A stretch of 64,000 nt of DNA, taken from positions 91,886,001-91,950,000 of the forward strand of contig NW_024704743.1 of assembly GCF_018977255.1 (NCBI RefSeq), read 5' to 3'. Both the position numbers and the translations under genes were made by a program. This document shows, one piece after another, positions 50,531 to 63,814 of the stretch. Under the pieces are notes generated by a model. That model was not told the DNA's origin and searched no databases. It was given only the letters and a program-made list of their open reading frames with translations. Position 1 is the first letter of the stretch, and every line of letters begins with the position of its first letter. The DNA comes from Callorhinchus milii (lineage: Eukaryota).

Positions 50531-53379
50531 TTAAGCGAGTCTGTCATACAAACTGAGCACTGCTGTCATAATAATAATAAAAATAATAATAATGCCCCCA
50601 TCCCTCCCCCAGCCCTTTCCTCAGCTCCACCCTCCCAAATAAAGCTCCTAGTCAGCTGTGTGAAATGCTTTCAGACGTCCTCCCAATGTTAAAGGCACTA
50701 TACAAAGTCAAATTATTGTTGTTGAATAATTTTTTTGTACTTAAGTTATTAAATCTTCAAACCTTCAATGAACAGTACAGTAGGCAATGTTAACGTACAA
50801 TTATAAGTGTGTACCGACAGAAAGAACTTATAATAATGCTGGCAACATTTGTTTAATTTTAAATTGTGATTTATTAATACCTTTTTGGATGAAGTCCAGA
50901 CACATGTGATGTATAAGCACCAGGAGAACTGGTTTGACCGAGAGACCTGTTTCTGTGAAAAAAAATTCAAGATGGTTGGTGTGTGTGTGGGGAAGGGGGA
51001 TCTGTATACAGCACACCTGGGGGCCAGTCAATAACTTTTTTTATCATAAATCATTTTCAGCATTGGAAAATTTACCTGGGATTTTCAAATGTTTATCATT
51101 ACTGTTGGCCTTGTGAAGACTTTCAGTCACTTAATACTCTTTGTTTAGCTGTGTTTCCAATGAATTATTCCCGCTGCAATGGCTGGTTATGCTTTATTAA
51201 ACAAAAATGTTTCCGCTGCAGACAGAGACAGAACAAAATAACAAAATAACATTCAAAGTGCATTGAATAGTAATTAGTTTGTCTCTGCATTCATTATCCC
51301 TTCTGAAAGGTGCCCTTTTGTGTAAGGTAATAGGAGTTTGTGCCTTATGCCCCTGTTTATATTTTAAAGTAATTATTTTCATGAACAAATATTCAGCATT
51401 TTTTCCTGCTTTTGCCAATAACATAATGATGTACTTTATGTAACATGATTATAACATATATCATGTGCTAGTGAATAAAGGTTGCCATTTGTTTTCTACG
51501 AAATAAGTAGATTCTCTAGTCCAGATTAACTGGTCATTCACCTCTTGTTTGTGATGTTATTGAAACATAGGCACAGGAGTAGATTATTCAGCCCCTCAAG
51601 CCTGTTCCGCCATTTTATCAGATCATCAGATAGTGAAAAATGCTGTTACATTTGCTAACCAAAAATTAGCACCAAACATTGCAGGTATTACCTGTGAAGG
51701 ACATTGAGATATTTTAATGTGATAAGATGCTATAAAAATGCAAGTTTTTTCTTTTATCATGGTGATGCTGCCCCTTTAAGGGAATTTTTGTTCTGAAACT
51801 AAAGATAACAAAATCAAAAATGAAAGATATGAGAGAAATCTCCTGAGATAAACCTCTACACAACACTTTCTAAATCCTAAAAATATCAGGTAAACTTATT
51901 CTTACATCTTCGCTTCTCCACTGTTCAAACCTGGTTTCCTTCTTCCATAGAACACAATGTCTTCCCATTAGCTCCAGCAGCACAGAAAGCATTATTTCTC
52001 AGGGAGGATTTGTTCAATGCATGTATGGGAATAGAGGAATATGAGAGGGGCAAGGAGGAGCGAAAGCTCATTAGGAGTATCAACACAGGCACGGATAAAT
52101 TAAACCAAATGGACTATTTTGGTGATGTACTGTCCATGTAATTATTTGTAATATCAAGGAGTTGGATAAATACTAGGCATCATGCCAGGTAAACTCTAAA
52201 TCAATATGTTGTAAAACATTGGGTAAAGAGCCAGCACACCTGAGACAATTAGTGAGAAAAGCACAAGACAAGTAGCCAGCCAAGCACCAGGTATTGCTTG
52301 GCTGCAGAACAAAACACATACAACTCCAACACACTCCCCAACGACACGATGAAGAAGTTACACAATTAACTTTCTGAACAAACTATTTCTCTAACAATAT
52401 ATATCACTTCACTATGCCAGTAACCAAACTATTTCTACAGAATCATCCACACAGAAATTCTGGACACAGAATAGCAAATGGGTATATTGAGAATTGCTCC
52501 AGGTTCTTGAGAATTCTGTAAATGCACCACTGAGTTAGTTTTTTTCTAATCAGCTAGTCAAAGGCAGATTGAATACAACAAGGCAGTTGTTCTGCTTGAG
52601 CCGAGCCTTGTTTAGACAAAAGGAACATTGAAGTGTCTGCAGGGGTGTTGTTGGAATTGGGAGCAATAGAAAGAAGGAGGCAGATGTCTTGTGAACACAC
52701 GATACAAGATTACTAAGAAGTAGGAGAGCAGCTGTAGTCAGCCTGCTGTATTGTTGGAACCAGGGGAAAGCTATTTGCTCATCCTTGTATAACTCTACCT
52801 CCTATTTTCTGTGTTCTATTACCATACCTGTTTAAGTCTTCCTCTACTGATATGAATCAGTGGGGTTTAAATTATAGTATTTCTAAACAGATTCATTTCA
52901 ACATTGAAAATTTCCTGCCTCTATCCTTCCTCCTCGCTCTCACACTCTATCAATCTTTAAATCCCACCTTAAAATCGACCTCTTTGACTGTGCCTGTGGT
53001 CACTTCTCCCTCCACTTTGCTCAAAGTTCAACTGAGAAGCTCTTTGAGACATTATCCTAGCACTGTGAAGGGCACTGTATAAATACAAGTTGTTGCTTTT
53101 AATAAAGAATCTGAGTTGCACATATCAGCACTCCCTGATATGTTCTTGCAGGAGGGAGAGCAAACATAAGGGTATTGGAGAGGACATTATGTTGACTTAT
53201 ATTGTCAGTGGATTTGGAACCAATATAGCCAAGCTCGCAAAAGTTTTACGCGAGTTGCAAATGTTTTAATGGCAGTATCAATTGCAGAAAGGTACAGTTA
53301 CCAATCCAGGGAACAGAAGAAATAGTTGCAGGAGTTTCTTCTTTTTTCTTCAAGTGATATCTTTTCAGGCCTGGAAAGG

Positions 53380-53643
53380 GTTCAATTCCAGGCAGGGCGA
53401 AACCTTGGGCAAGTTTCCTTACTCCACACGCCTAATAATAATCCCTCCAAAACAAAAGAACATTGGTTATTTTCAATCCACGACTATTTGTGGGACACTG
53501 CTGTGTGCAATTGGCTGCTGCGTTTCACCCACAAGTATACGGTCAATTTACTTTACAGTATATTCTGTGAAGCGCTTTGAAACGTATAGAAGACATGAAA
53601 AGCGCTATATCAAATGCAAGGATTATTATTATTATTATTATTA
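53380..53643 (+). mobile_element. 5'-truncated short-form tRNA SINE
   Basis: Begins at the B box GTTCAATTCC; long (TTA)n tail. Confidence 0.9.
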
Positions 53644-54134
53644 TCTTCTTTTCTTATCTTGTCTTCTTTCCTAGGTCTGTTTTAACATCAGGCTAGTTAG
53701 TGTTCCATATTGATACAAAGAAACAAAGAAGTTTTCGTGAGCTTCAAGACCATCTGGCTTGGCTCACAGATACTATTTCTTTGTTTTTACTCCTCATCTA
53801 ACAATGACCATCTATTACACATTCCTCTTTCATTATAACTGTACAAGACAGAGCAAGGATGTTACAGAAAGAAAAGCCAGACATTATTAATTTCTAGCAA
53901 GTAAACAAATTATATGAGTACAATCATTAGCAAAACTTCACTTAAAGGAAGAGTAGTACAAATGTTCAGTAATTTTCCATTATACGCAAAATATACTTAA
54001 ACCCCAGCTAGCGGACTAATGGGGAGAAAATCCAGTCCGGCGAGTCACAATTTGTGGCTATATGTAATTACAATGCCAGTAGCGGTATTTACCAGTATTT
54101 CAATCAGTGCCGAAATATGCTGGTATTGTAATTG

Positions 54135-54780
54135 TTACAACAACAACAAGATTGCATTTGTATAGCACCTTTCATGTCGGGAGGACGTCCCAAGGCGCTG
54201 GACAGTGTACAGCATTTCAGACCCGAGTTGGGGTCAGAGGGGGAAAAGGGAGGGGAGGGGAAGGGAGGTGGCCGACAATTAATTAATTAACAACAACAAC
54301 AACAACAAGAAATCACATCAGGAGGATGCCCCAAGGCGCTGGACAATCAGTTTTATGGACCCGAGCTGGGGTTTGGGATCAGGGAGGGTGGAGGGCAGTG
54401 GGGGAAGGAAGGTGAATGTCGAAGAGGAGGGTATTGAGAGGGGTGTTGGAGGAGGCAAGAGAAGAAGTGAGGTGGAGGAACTGCGGGATGGAGTTCCAGA
54501 GGGTGGGGGCAGGGTGGTTGAAGGCCCGCCCGCCAATGGTGGGGCGGGTGAGGTGGGACGTGAAGCAGGCCGGAGCCCACTAAGCAGAGGAAGCAGGCAG
54601 GTTGGTAGGGTGTTGGGAGGTCACAGAGTTAGGGGGGAGCAAGGCCATGGAGGGCTTTGAAAGTAAGAACCAGGATCTTGAATTGTATCCTCTGTGTGAT
54701 GGGAAGCCAGTGGATTCAGGCGAGGCTGGGGTGATAGGGTCGTGGAGCCTAGTGCAGGAGAAGACACAGGCTGCAGAGTA
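54135..54780 (-). mobile_element. Two adjacent L2 3' fragments
   Basis: Two (AAC)n tails (about 54137 and 54288), each followed by L2 3' sequence. Confidence 0.85.
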
Positions 54781-57375
54781 TTCAATCCCGTGAGCAGAAG
54801 ATAGCAAATAAACTATTGAGGCAGCTCAGCATGGCATGAACACACGCTAGGAGAATTGGGAGTCGGAAGTCCCTGAAATGTTTGGCCCACAAAAAAATTA
54901 CCATAAGAACAACTGGGCTTATCCCTCCTTTCCAGTGAGGCCAGCCAATCCTGGCTATGTAATGGTGAGCACTGTAACCTGGGTCATCAATGATCTGGAA
55001 AGGTAATGATGTGTCAACAATAATAAGAAATCAAAAAATGTTTCTAACAAAATGTTACACAAATGTCACATTTGAGGCTGATCTTGGTTTTGGACAATTC
55101 ATCACATAACTGCACAGGGAATTATTTAAAGCTTCAAAGGAAAATTCTGCACTATTGCTTTTATTTTCATCATTGCTTTGTTGTCCTAAATTTCCAGACA
55201 ATGATTAAAGCTTTGATTTAGGCTGAACAAGATCCAAAACCAATGACTGGGAAGGTATTGACTCATTTCTTTGCTAAATGCAGATTGATTTCTAAAACAT
55301 CAGTATTGAGATTAAAGACCCTTCTTCGAGGATAGCTATAGATCAGGTAGTCTTTGCTCAGGGTGGACAAGGTACTGACATTCTAATGTTATGTTGATAC
55401 TCCCAAGAACATGCCTAGAACTTGTCATGAACCTGTCAGGGACATGTTGAAAATGGAGCCTGGTTCAAAGTTTCCGCTTCACATCTCATCGAATTTGGTT
55501 CATAAGAAAACAAACACCGAATTTAAAAATACTTGCAGATTACTGCATTAGAATGCTTCCTTTTTAACTAGTTGCACATCTGGCTCTTTAATAACATTAA
55601 AAACCCAGCCAAAGTGATTTGCACTAATACAAAAAATAATAACTTGCACTTATATCGCGCCCTCCACATAGGGTAGTGTCTCAGAGAGCTTAACAGTGGC
55701 AGAGCGAGAAGTGAAACTAGTGCAATTCGCATCCTCTGCATTTATTCTGTGTGAGTCCAAATTTTATTGGATTTTGTTTCATTTGGGGACTGGCTAGAGG
55801 AATCACAATGGTTGTTTGCACTCCTGTACTTTACTGTGTTCCCATAATGCATGTTTGTTGGGCACATTTGTCCTTATTTCAGTGAATTCCAATTTGGCTG
55901 CAGAGCGGTACTAGATATCATGAGCCAATAGGAGGAGTGATTCTCTGAAGGTTAGTAAATTTATGAAATATCCCAGTTGAAACTCATATGTGATTTTTTC
56001 TTCCGACAAAATCTGACAATCTTTATAGAATACGCCTGAGATTTGTTCACCGATATGAAGTCTACTGGGTTAAGTTTAAGGCAACAAATACTTTCATTAG
56101 TTACTCATAGTCTCCTGAAGGACTGAGATATTCAGCAATAATTTGCTTCCTTGTAACTCACGTTCATGTGGAAATTAATGCTACATCTTCGAGAGGGAGG
56201 CTGGGGAGGGAGTCAGTGAAACATATCTTTAGAGATAGTTGGTGTTATCTTTTCCTTGTGGAGTAAAGTGGTGGTTGTTTGGAATAACTATTATTCTGTG
56301 ATTCGCTTATCTTTTTCTATATCTTTGCTACTAATCTATTTCTACGTCTCTACTGGAGTCAACAAAGTACTTACTACTTACTTACAGATGAATTGTGAAT
56401 CCTGATCACCTCTTGCTCATTTTGATTATAGTTTCTCAGAAAGGGATGGGTGGAGGAGAATTCCACCCAGTGGCCTTAAAAGCATTTTGCCTTAAATTGT
56501 AAGATTGCACAGAATTGTGGAGAATTTTTAAATTTAGTTTCAATTTGAAAGCCTATTTTCTGTAGTTCTTAAAAAGCACCATCTGCTGACGCAATCTTGA
56601 ATAATAAGATAAAACATTATATTTGTAGGACCTTTTCTGCCTCATCTGATTCCTCAGTTCTCCCCAAATTGGTATCATCTGCAAATTTAACAATCTTACC
56701 CTTGGTCTGCAAATCCAATAAATTTACATTTGTACAACATGTTGAAATCCAGCTCATTAATATAGTTTTAAAACATGATTATTGCTATCGTAACAACCCA
56801 TGGGAAAGACAAATAAGTAACATAAGTAACTATTATTAATATTTCACTTGTAAAATGATTCATTCCATCCAATGAAGAAACATATTACTTCAACACAAAA
56901 AAATGAGATAGAACAGGTTTGAAGTATAAAGAAAAAACAAAAGCAGAAGCATTCAGAATATATTCATTGAAAATACATTTTCTCTCTCAGACTTACTATC
57001 CGTGACCTTAAATTGGTAGAGTGATGGGTTTTGATACAACTCTGAATGATCAAAGGCTAAATTACTGAAGGGAAACAGATGCATAATCTTCTGCTGGAGC
57101 TAATGTTATCTAAAACCACCTGATGTTTGGAGTATTGATAGCAGTGTTTGACAATATTCCCTTCATCTCGGCTATCTTTGATGTACAGGCTGACTGCCCA
57201 GGTGACTGCACTACTGCTCGTAGTTTCTTCATTATCAAACCTCACTGATAATAGAAATCATATTTATTTATAGTTTTCTTTAAGAGTATAACATGTAAAA
57301 AAAAACTCCTGTGAGCATAATATTGTTATCTTTGGCCAATTGTTTATTGCTTTATAGCCCATAATTCTAAGTGTT

Positions 57376-57776
57376 TAACAACAACAACAACTTGGCTTTA
57401 TATAGCGACCTCCACACAGGACGGCGCCTCAGAGCGTTTTACAGTAATGGATTCCGGGACTGAGCTGGGGGAGGGGGCGGAAGGTGAGCAAAGGCACGGT
57501 CGAAAAGAAAGGTCTTCAGCAGAGACCTGAAAATGGGAAGGGAGGGAACGAGACGAAGGGAGTGAGGAAGGCAGTTCCAGAGCCTCGAGGCATAGTCGCT
57601 GAAGGCACGGCCGCTGAGGGTGGAGTGGAGGACTCGGGGGACGAGGAGAAGGCCAGACCCAGAGGAACGGAGGCAATGGGTACTGTTTTGAGGGGAGAAG
57701 AGGTCAGAGAGGTAGGGAGGGTGCAGAGGAGTGCAGAGATTTGAATACTGGGGTGAGGATCTTGAAATCGATCCTC
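57376..57776 (-). mobile_element. L2 LINE 3' fragment
   Basis: PPYLSDLF...GRAFSDYASRLWNCLP...LKTFLFDRAF. Confidence 0.9.
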
Positions 57777-58228
57777 CACACAACTATCATTTCATTATCT
57801 GCATGGACAAACATACTACACAGCAAAACCTTGTAAAAGATGAGAAAACAAACAAGAGAATCCATGGCATGATCCCCAGGAATTCTGTATCACTCGAGTT
57901 TTTGTGAAATTTTATTTCTGCAGGCAAGTTCAAACCATCAACCCCTTCTCCCAATGTAGTAAGCATTTTACTCAAATAACAGCCCTTTAGAATTTTTTTA
58001 AAACAACATTTGGATTGGGAAGTTAAAGAATGACCATCAAAATAGACATTTATTCTGTATTTAAATTAGAACATACATTTGACTCGAATGAAATGAACAG
58101 ACAGAGACTGAAATGCTTCCTAGTCTTAGCCTTAAGACCATTATTCATTAGAAGATGGCTTTCCTCACTTTCCAGTTAAGGTTGAATTTATACATTTTAA
58201 AATGTCTTACATTTTAAGGCAACGATAT

Positions 58229-58561
58229 TAATAATAATAATAATAATAATAATAATCCTTGCATTTGATATAGCGCTTTTCACGTCGGGAGGACGTCCCA
58301 AAGTGCTTCACAGAACACACTGTAAAGTGAATTGACTGTATATTTGTGGGCGAACGCGGCAGCCAATTGCGCACAGCAATGTCCCACAAACAGTCGTGGA
58401 TTGAAAATGACCAATTTATTATTGTTTTGGGTTTTGGAGGGATTATTATTAGGCTCTGTGTGGAGTAAGGAAACTTGCCCAAGGTTTCGCCCTGCCTGGA
58501 ATTGAACTCAGGTCTCTAGCTTGCAAAGCGAGTGCTCAACCACTGAGCTACAGGACTCCAC
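58229..58561 (-). mobile_element. Young tRNA SINE, full length
   Basis: Full head to tail; possible ATTAA duplication at 58227-58231 and 58562-58566. Confidence 0.95.
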
Positions 58562-58914
58562 ATTAAGTCTAAGACCAGGGTAAATTTCAGACCTCTGAAG
58601 TTCACTTGAATGAGGTAACTGTGAAAATCTAATTAGGAATAAATGACTATAACAGTATGATCTTTAAAAGCCAGTAGCTGATACATAGGTCTCCGATTTC
58701 AAAATATTTTCCATGATCTGAGTGATTCTGTGATGTGTTTTTGTGACATGTCGTTACCTCTATGTTTACCCATTTTCATCTTCAGATGTGACAGATTTGT
58801 GAATGAATATAATGCATTTCATGGAAAGAAAATACACTGCAAACAAGAACAAAATTGTCTACAAACAACACTTTGAAATCTTCTGAACTGATTCATTTTG
58901 AATCCTGTGTGTTG

Positions 58915-59278
58915 ATCCACCTTCAGAGCCCTCCACAGCCTTGCTCCTCTCTACCCCTGCAACCTCCTAAACCCCTACCAACCTGTCCTCTCCCTCTGCT
59001 CAGCGGACTCTGGCCTGCCTCATGTCCCCCTGCCTTGCCCACCCCACCATTGCCGGGCAGGCCTTCGTCTTCTCTGCCCCACATCCCGCAGTCCCTCCAT
59101 CTTGCTCCCTCCTTTGCTTCCTTCAAGACCCATCTCAAGATCTTCCTCTTCAACCGTGCCTTTGGTCACCCTCCTACCCCTACCCTCCCCAACTACCAGA
59201 TCGGGTGCAAATCCATGATCACCTTGGGACATCCTTCTGACATAAAAGGCGCTATACAAATGTAATTTCTTGTTGTTT
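58915..59278 (+). mobile_element. L2 3' fragment
   Basis: SFKTHLKIFLFNRAF followed by a tail. Confidence 0.85.
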
Positions 59279-60973
59279 TCCGTTGCCCAGCTGTCAAAAA
59301 AAAAAGCACTGAGCCAGCCTAGTTTCATCTTTCAGGGCTCAACATTTTTAGGCTGATGCAATCCGCTCACCACCACAAAACTATCTATAATTCAGTACTA
59401 AATCTGAAGTGTGACATAGACAGGCCTTGCAGATGGCTTACATTGCAGAATGGAAATCTTGCCCTTGCAAACACTGTGGAAGGCTGTGGATGAAGTGCGT
59501 TCACGCAGTCACTGTTACATTTTATCTGAACTCCATCTATCTATTCTTGAAGAGCTTGATGCTATCAGTAATTGTGAAATGAGGAAGCCTTTCATCCCTA
59601 GGACTAATAGTTACAAAGAGTAAGTCACAAAATGCAGTTATCCCAAGCCCAGAATGGTCTTAAAGGTAAGAACATATGGAATGTGGGATCCATTGCTTTC
59701 AGATTATTCTGGTGAAGTACAGGTGTAGTTTAGTTTTGTTCATTAGGATCAATATAATGCCTCCAGAGCTTTAAATCTCTACTTTTCCACCAAATAACTA
59801 CAGTCACAGATTAAAAATAGACTTTTCCTACATATATAAGTTCCTAAACTCTAGTGGCCGGTATCCCTTGAAGTGGCACTGAAACTACTTTTGGTGATCA
59901 CCAGCGCTAATTATCACATCACAATAATTTCCCCCTCCTTCTCCAACTCGGGCCAATAGAAAAGTGCGGACCCACTTTTCCCGCATTTTCTGCCACAATG
60001 GCCCTCATCCCCCTCGGGTACTAACCTTTACACACACTGTGCTGGGCCCCAGGCCTCTCGTGCTATTTGCTTCAGCTGCTACTATGGCTGGAGCAGCTCC
60101 GATCGCACATGATCGTGCGGTGAATTTTGGGATTGCGGAAGCAGTGTGTGCGGGAAATTGACTTCGCTGTATTGATGAACAAAATCTTGCAGACAGAGTC
60201 TCCAAGCAGAGAAAAGGGCAAAGAAACTTGCAATTGGCTGTTCTTGTGTTTATGCTTTGAGCAGACGTAATAACAAAAAGAGGCAGTGAATTCCCAGACG
60301 AGGCCCTGTAGGCAGCTAGTGCGTGTCAGACCCAGCACTTAAAGAACGTGTGCCTGCAACCTGTATCCATGGTGAACAGCCTGAAGTGTGCCTGGGAGGA
60401 TTGTAATCAGAATCTCTTGGAGAACCGGGTACAGAGTGCCATATGTTCTGTGTGTACAAATGGTTTGATTCCTAACAGTGTCCTTTTTCCACTCCACAGT
60501 GAACAAAAACACCTCCACAATCCATGCTCACCAGCTCAAAAGCATTAACTCCTCTCTTTTAACCAACAGGTAAGATGTTAAGAGAGGAAGTGTAGATATG
60601 TTTAGCATGTATAGCTAGACACAAATAAATATTTTTGCTAGGAGCTTACATAAAAGTAACAGGACCTCCAACAAAAGGCTTAACTGAATAGACGAACAAG
60701 GTGCAACTATTATAAAGCCAGTTAACAGCAACAACTGGCATTTATGTAGGGCCCTTCACACAGGATAGCATCTTGGCATGCTGCATGGTGGTGGGGTTGG
60801 ATCCTGAGCAAGGGAGGAGTGGGAGGTGACCATAGGGTGCGATCAAAGAAGTCTTAAAGTAGGATTTAAAGCTGGATAAAGAGTGGCATAGCACGGGGAT
60901 TGAAGCAGGGAGCTCCAGAGATAAGGGAAATAACTGAAGGCACCACCATTGATAGTGACCTTGAAGGGTTATA

Positions 60974-61283
60974 GTAATAATAATAATCCTTACATTTAAT
61001 ATAGCGCCTTATCACGTCTTCTAGATGTCTCAAAACACTTCACAGAATATACTGTAAAGTATATTGACTGCATTTTCTGTGGGCGAAATGCGGCAGGCGA
61101 TTGCGCACAGCAGTGTCCCACAAACAGTCATGGATTGAAGTGACCAATTTATTATTGTTTTTTTCTTAAGGGATTATTATCAGGTGTGTGGAATAAGGAA
61201 ACTTGCCCAAGGTTTCCCTGTCGGGAATCGAACCCAGATCGCTCGCTTGCAAAGCAAGTCCTCTAACCACTGAGCTAGAGGCT
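60974..61283 (-). mobile_element. Short-form tRNA SINE, more diverged
   Basis: Same layout as the young copies with more substitutions. Confidence 0.9.
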
Positions 61284-62149
61284 TGGTGTTTCATTTCATG
61301 ATTGCTGACAACTTGATTGCTGCATATTTACCAGCACGTTTTCACTTATAAGTACTTACAGGAAGTTCCCAAAATCCAAAGAGAGAAATGGATAATTCAA
61401 TTGAAAAACCCGTAAATCCATTTGATTTTATCCTTCCAGAATACTAACTTTCCGTTATAGCATGGGTTTATTTCTTAAATTAGTTCAGCGGCCTGGCTTC
61501 AAGCATTCTCTTGTTAGTTTGTTCTACTTGCTAACTATCCCCAGTGTAAACAATTACACCCCAATGTCTGTGCTGAAATTGCTTTTTACAATTCTGAACC
61601 TGTGACCTCTTGTCCTGCTGCCTTGCTATATTTGAAAGTATTGTTCTTTTTACCTGAATCAGTGTACACACTGCGTAATTTCTATTATTCTCCACAACCA
61701 TCCGACGAATACCACAACAATATCATTCTGCACAAATGAGCTTCTTGGCAGCTCCAGTGATTTGTAGTGTGAGCAAACAGCTTCAGAAACAGTTCATGTC
61801 CATATTAAGCTGTGGCAAAATGATTCCACATCCCTTCCCATTTTGGAAATTGGAATGAGATCTTATTGATGGTATTTCCTGCAATTTGATGGGTTTCAAT
61901 TCAAGGAAAGCGCAAAATACCATCAATAAAGTCTATAAGACATTTTATTCAGCAACAACAACAAAGTGCATTTATATTGTGCTCTTCAAGCAGGGTAGTG
62001 TCTCAAAAGACCAAGTTTGTATCACTTGACTCTCATCCCAGGCCTTTCATTCCACTTATTTCATTTGAGCTATAGCCAGCAACCATAACTCCAGGAGCAC
62101 TGGCAATAAGATAGCTCATTCACTGGTGCCTGTGACACTGACCTGGCAA

Positions 62150-62760
62150 CAATATAGCTGCCTTAGTTGCTTCTGAGTCAGAAGTTTTCCTTTGAGTCAG
62201 AAGACTGTGGGTTCAACAGCAACAACTTGTATTTATATAGCGCCCTTCACACGGGGTAACTTCATGGTGGCAGAGTCTGACGATGAGCTAGGGGGAGAAG
62301 GAGGGGGAAGGTGACCGTAAGCACGATTAAAAAGGAAGGTCTTTAGGTGGGATTTGAAGGTGGGGAGGGAGGGGGCAAGGTGGAGGGGTTGAGGGAGATA
62401 GTTCAAGCTCCTTGGGGATTCAAGCCCCATGTCAGGACTTTGAGTTCCCAGCCTAGGCCTTCACTATAGTGCAGTGCTGGGGAATGCTATCCTTCAGATG
62501 AGACATGAAATTGGGCTCCCATCTGTCTGTTGAGATAGGCACTAAAGATCCTCTGGCACCATTTAAAAAAAGAATGGTGTTTCTATCGGTGTCCCGGCCA
62601 ACAATCAGCCACATTTCAAAAAATAGAAATGCACTTCATGGCTGTTAGCGTTACATGGAGTTGGACAAATTTGGCTACAGATGCAGTCACTGCACTTTAC
62701 AGGAAACAATGGTAGCATTTCAAGACATTTTGGCACAGTAAACTGCTATATGAAATACAA
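62150..62760 (+). mobile_element. Old Deu-SINE split by an L2 tail fragment (-, about 62215-62410)
   Basis: The head ...GAGTCAGAAGACTGTGGGTTCAA resumes as TTCAAGCCCCATG at about 62419. Confidence 0.75.
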
Positions 62761-63094
62761 GATGCCACACTGAATAGTTGGAGTGCTAGACAATCTGTTA
62801 AACAAATGTCATAAATTTAAACTTGAATGGCTTGACCAGGTCACTGTTCATTACATTGACACTGTTATGGCTGAAATTGTCTGTTAGGAGTAAAAACAAG
62901 GTTGTATTGCAATGCTGAGCTGATTGTGCTAAACTGCTTTTGCTGAAAACAATGCCTAGTTCCTGCCTGCAGGAAAACTAAGCTGTACAGGGGTCAAAGA
63001 CCATATTTGGGAATAAGTTAAGAATGTTGGTTTTGTGACTTTTACTGTAAATACAATGGCTGAAAGAATGAGTGATAAGGAAGAAGTTGTGGTT

Positions 63095-63245
63095 AACAAC
63101 AACAACAACAACAAGATTCCATTTATAAAGCGCCTTTCACGTCAGGAGGACGTCCCAAGGCGCTGCACAGTTGGGTCATGACCCGAGCAGGGGGGAAATG
63201 GTCAGGGTGAGGGGAGGGAGCGAGGAGGGGGGAAATGGTCAGGGT
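63095..63245 (-). mobile_element. Short young L2 tail insertion
   Basis: Nearly identical to 1332-1470; TAACA at both ends (63094-63098, 63245-63249). Confidence 0.9.
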
Positions 63246-63424
63246 AACATGTTGCAGGACCACATGAATACCCAAATAAGGTTGATAACTTGCAAAATAG
63301 ATTAGGGGACATAGTGTGCTCGGGTGCAAAGGATAAAATAAGGGTAAGAACAGGAAAAAGACAGACGTCTCCGGAGTATGGGTAGATGGAAGATTGAAAG
63401 CAGGAAGAAACAAGTTTGCACGTG

Positions 63425-63501
63425 GTAAAGACACAGTGCTGAGTTTGTATGCTGTAAAGACACAGTGCTGAGTTTGTATGCTGTAAAGACACATTGCTGA
63501 G
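63425..63501 (+). repeat. 29-bp tandem repeat, about 2.7 copies
   Basis: GTAAAGACACAGTGCTGAGTTTGTATGCT at 63425 and 63454, partial at 63483. Confidence 0.95.
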
Positions 63502-63814
63502 CGTGAACCATCTACGGTAGTATTGTTCCGTTATAAGATCGATTGATTGTACCTGCCTTTCTTCTACCCATTGGGAAACTGGGGAATAACGATTAATAAA
63601 ACAGTCTAATATCTGGTTTCAAACGGGTGTTGGCTGACTTTATTTCAAACAACACTATCTTAGTTAAAATAATGTCTTTGGCATCAACGTTTAGCAAAGC
63701 AGAAACCAAAAACGATAAAAGTGGATCTCAGCTCAGGATGAAGATCCAAATTGGAACTGAAAAGCAAGACAAGGAGATTTTACAAGTTAAATAAATAAAT
63801 TCAAATAGACGTTA

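Larger units (their letters stand above)
62863..63651 (+). mobile_element. Solo LTR with 4-bp TSD, containing an L2 insert
   Basis: TGTT...AACA termini; ACAC at 62859-62862 and 63652-63655; TATAA at 63532; AATAAA at 63595-63600; internal 29-bp repeats. Confidence 0.7.

Noticed and set aside
56152..56386. TGTAA...TTACA-bounded segment as a solo LTR
   Set aside because: No TSD and no canonical AATAAA.
63425..63501. 29-bp direct repeats as a CRISPR-like array
   Set aside because: The units are contiguous with no spacers, in vertebrate DNA inside a probable LTR.
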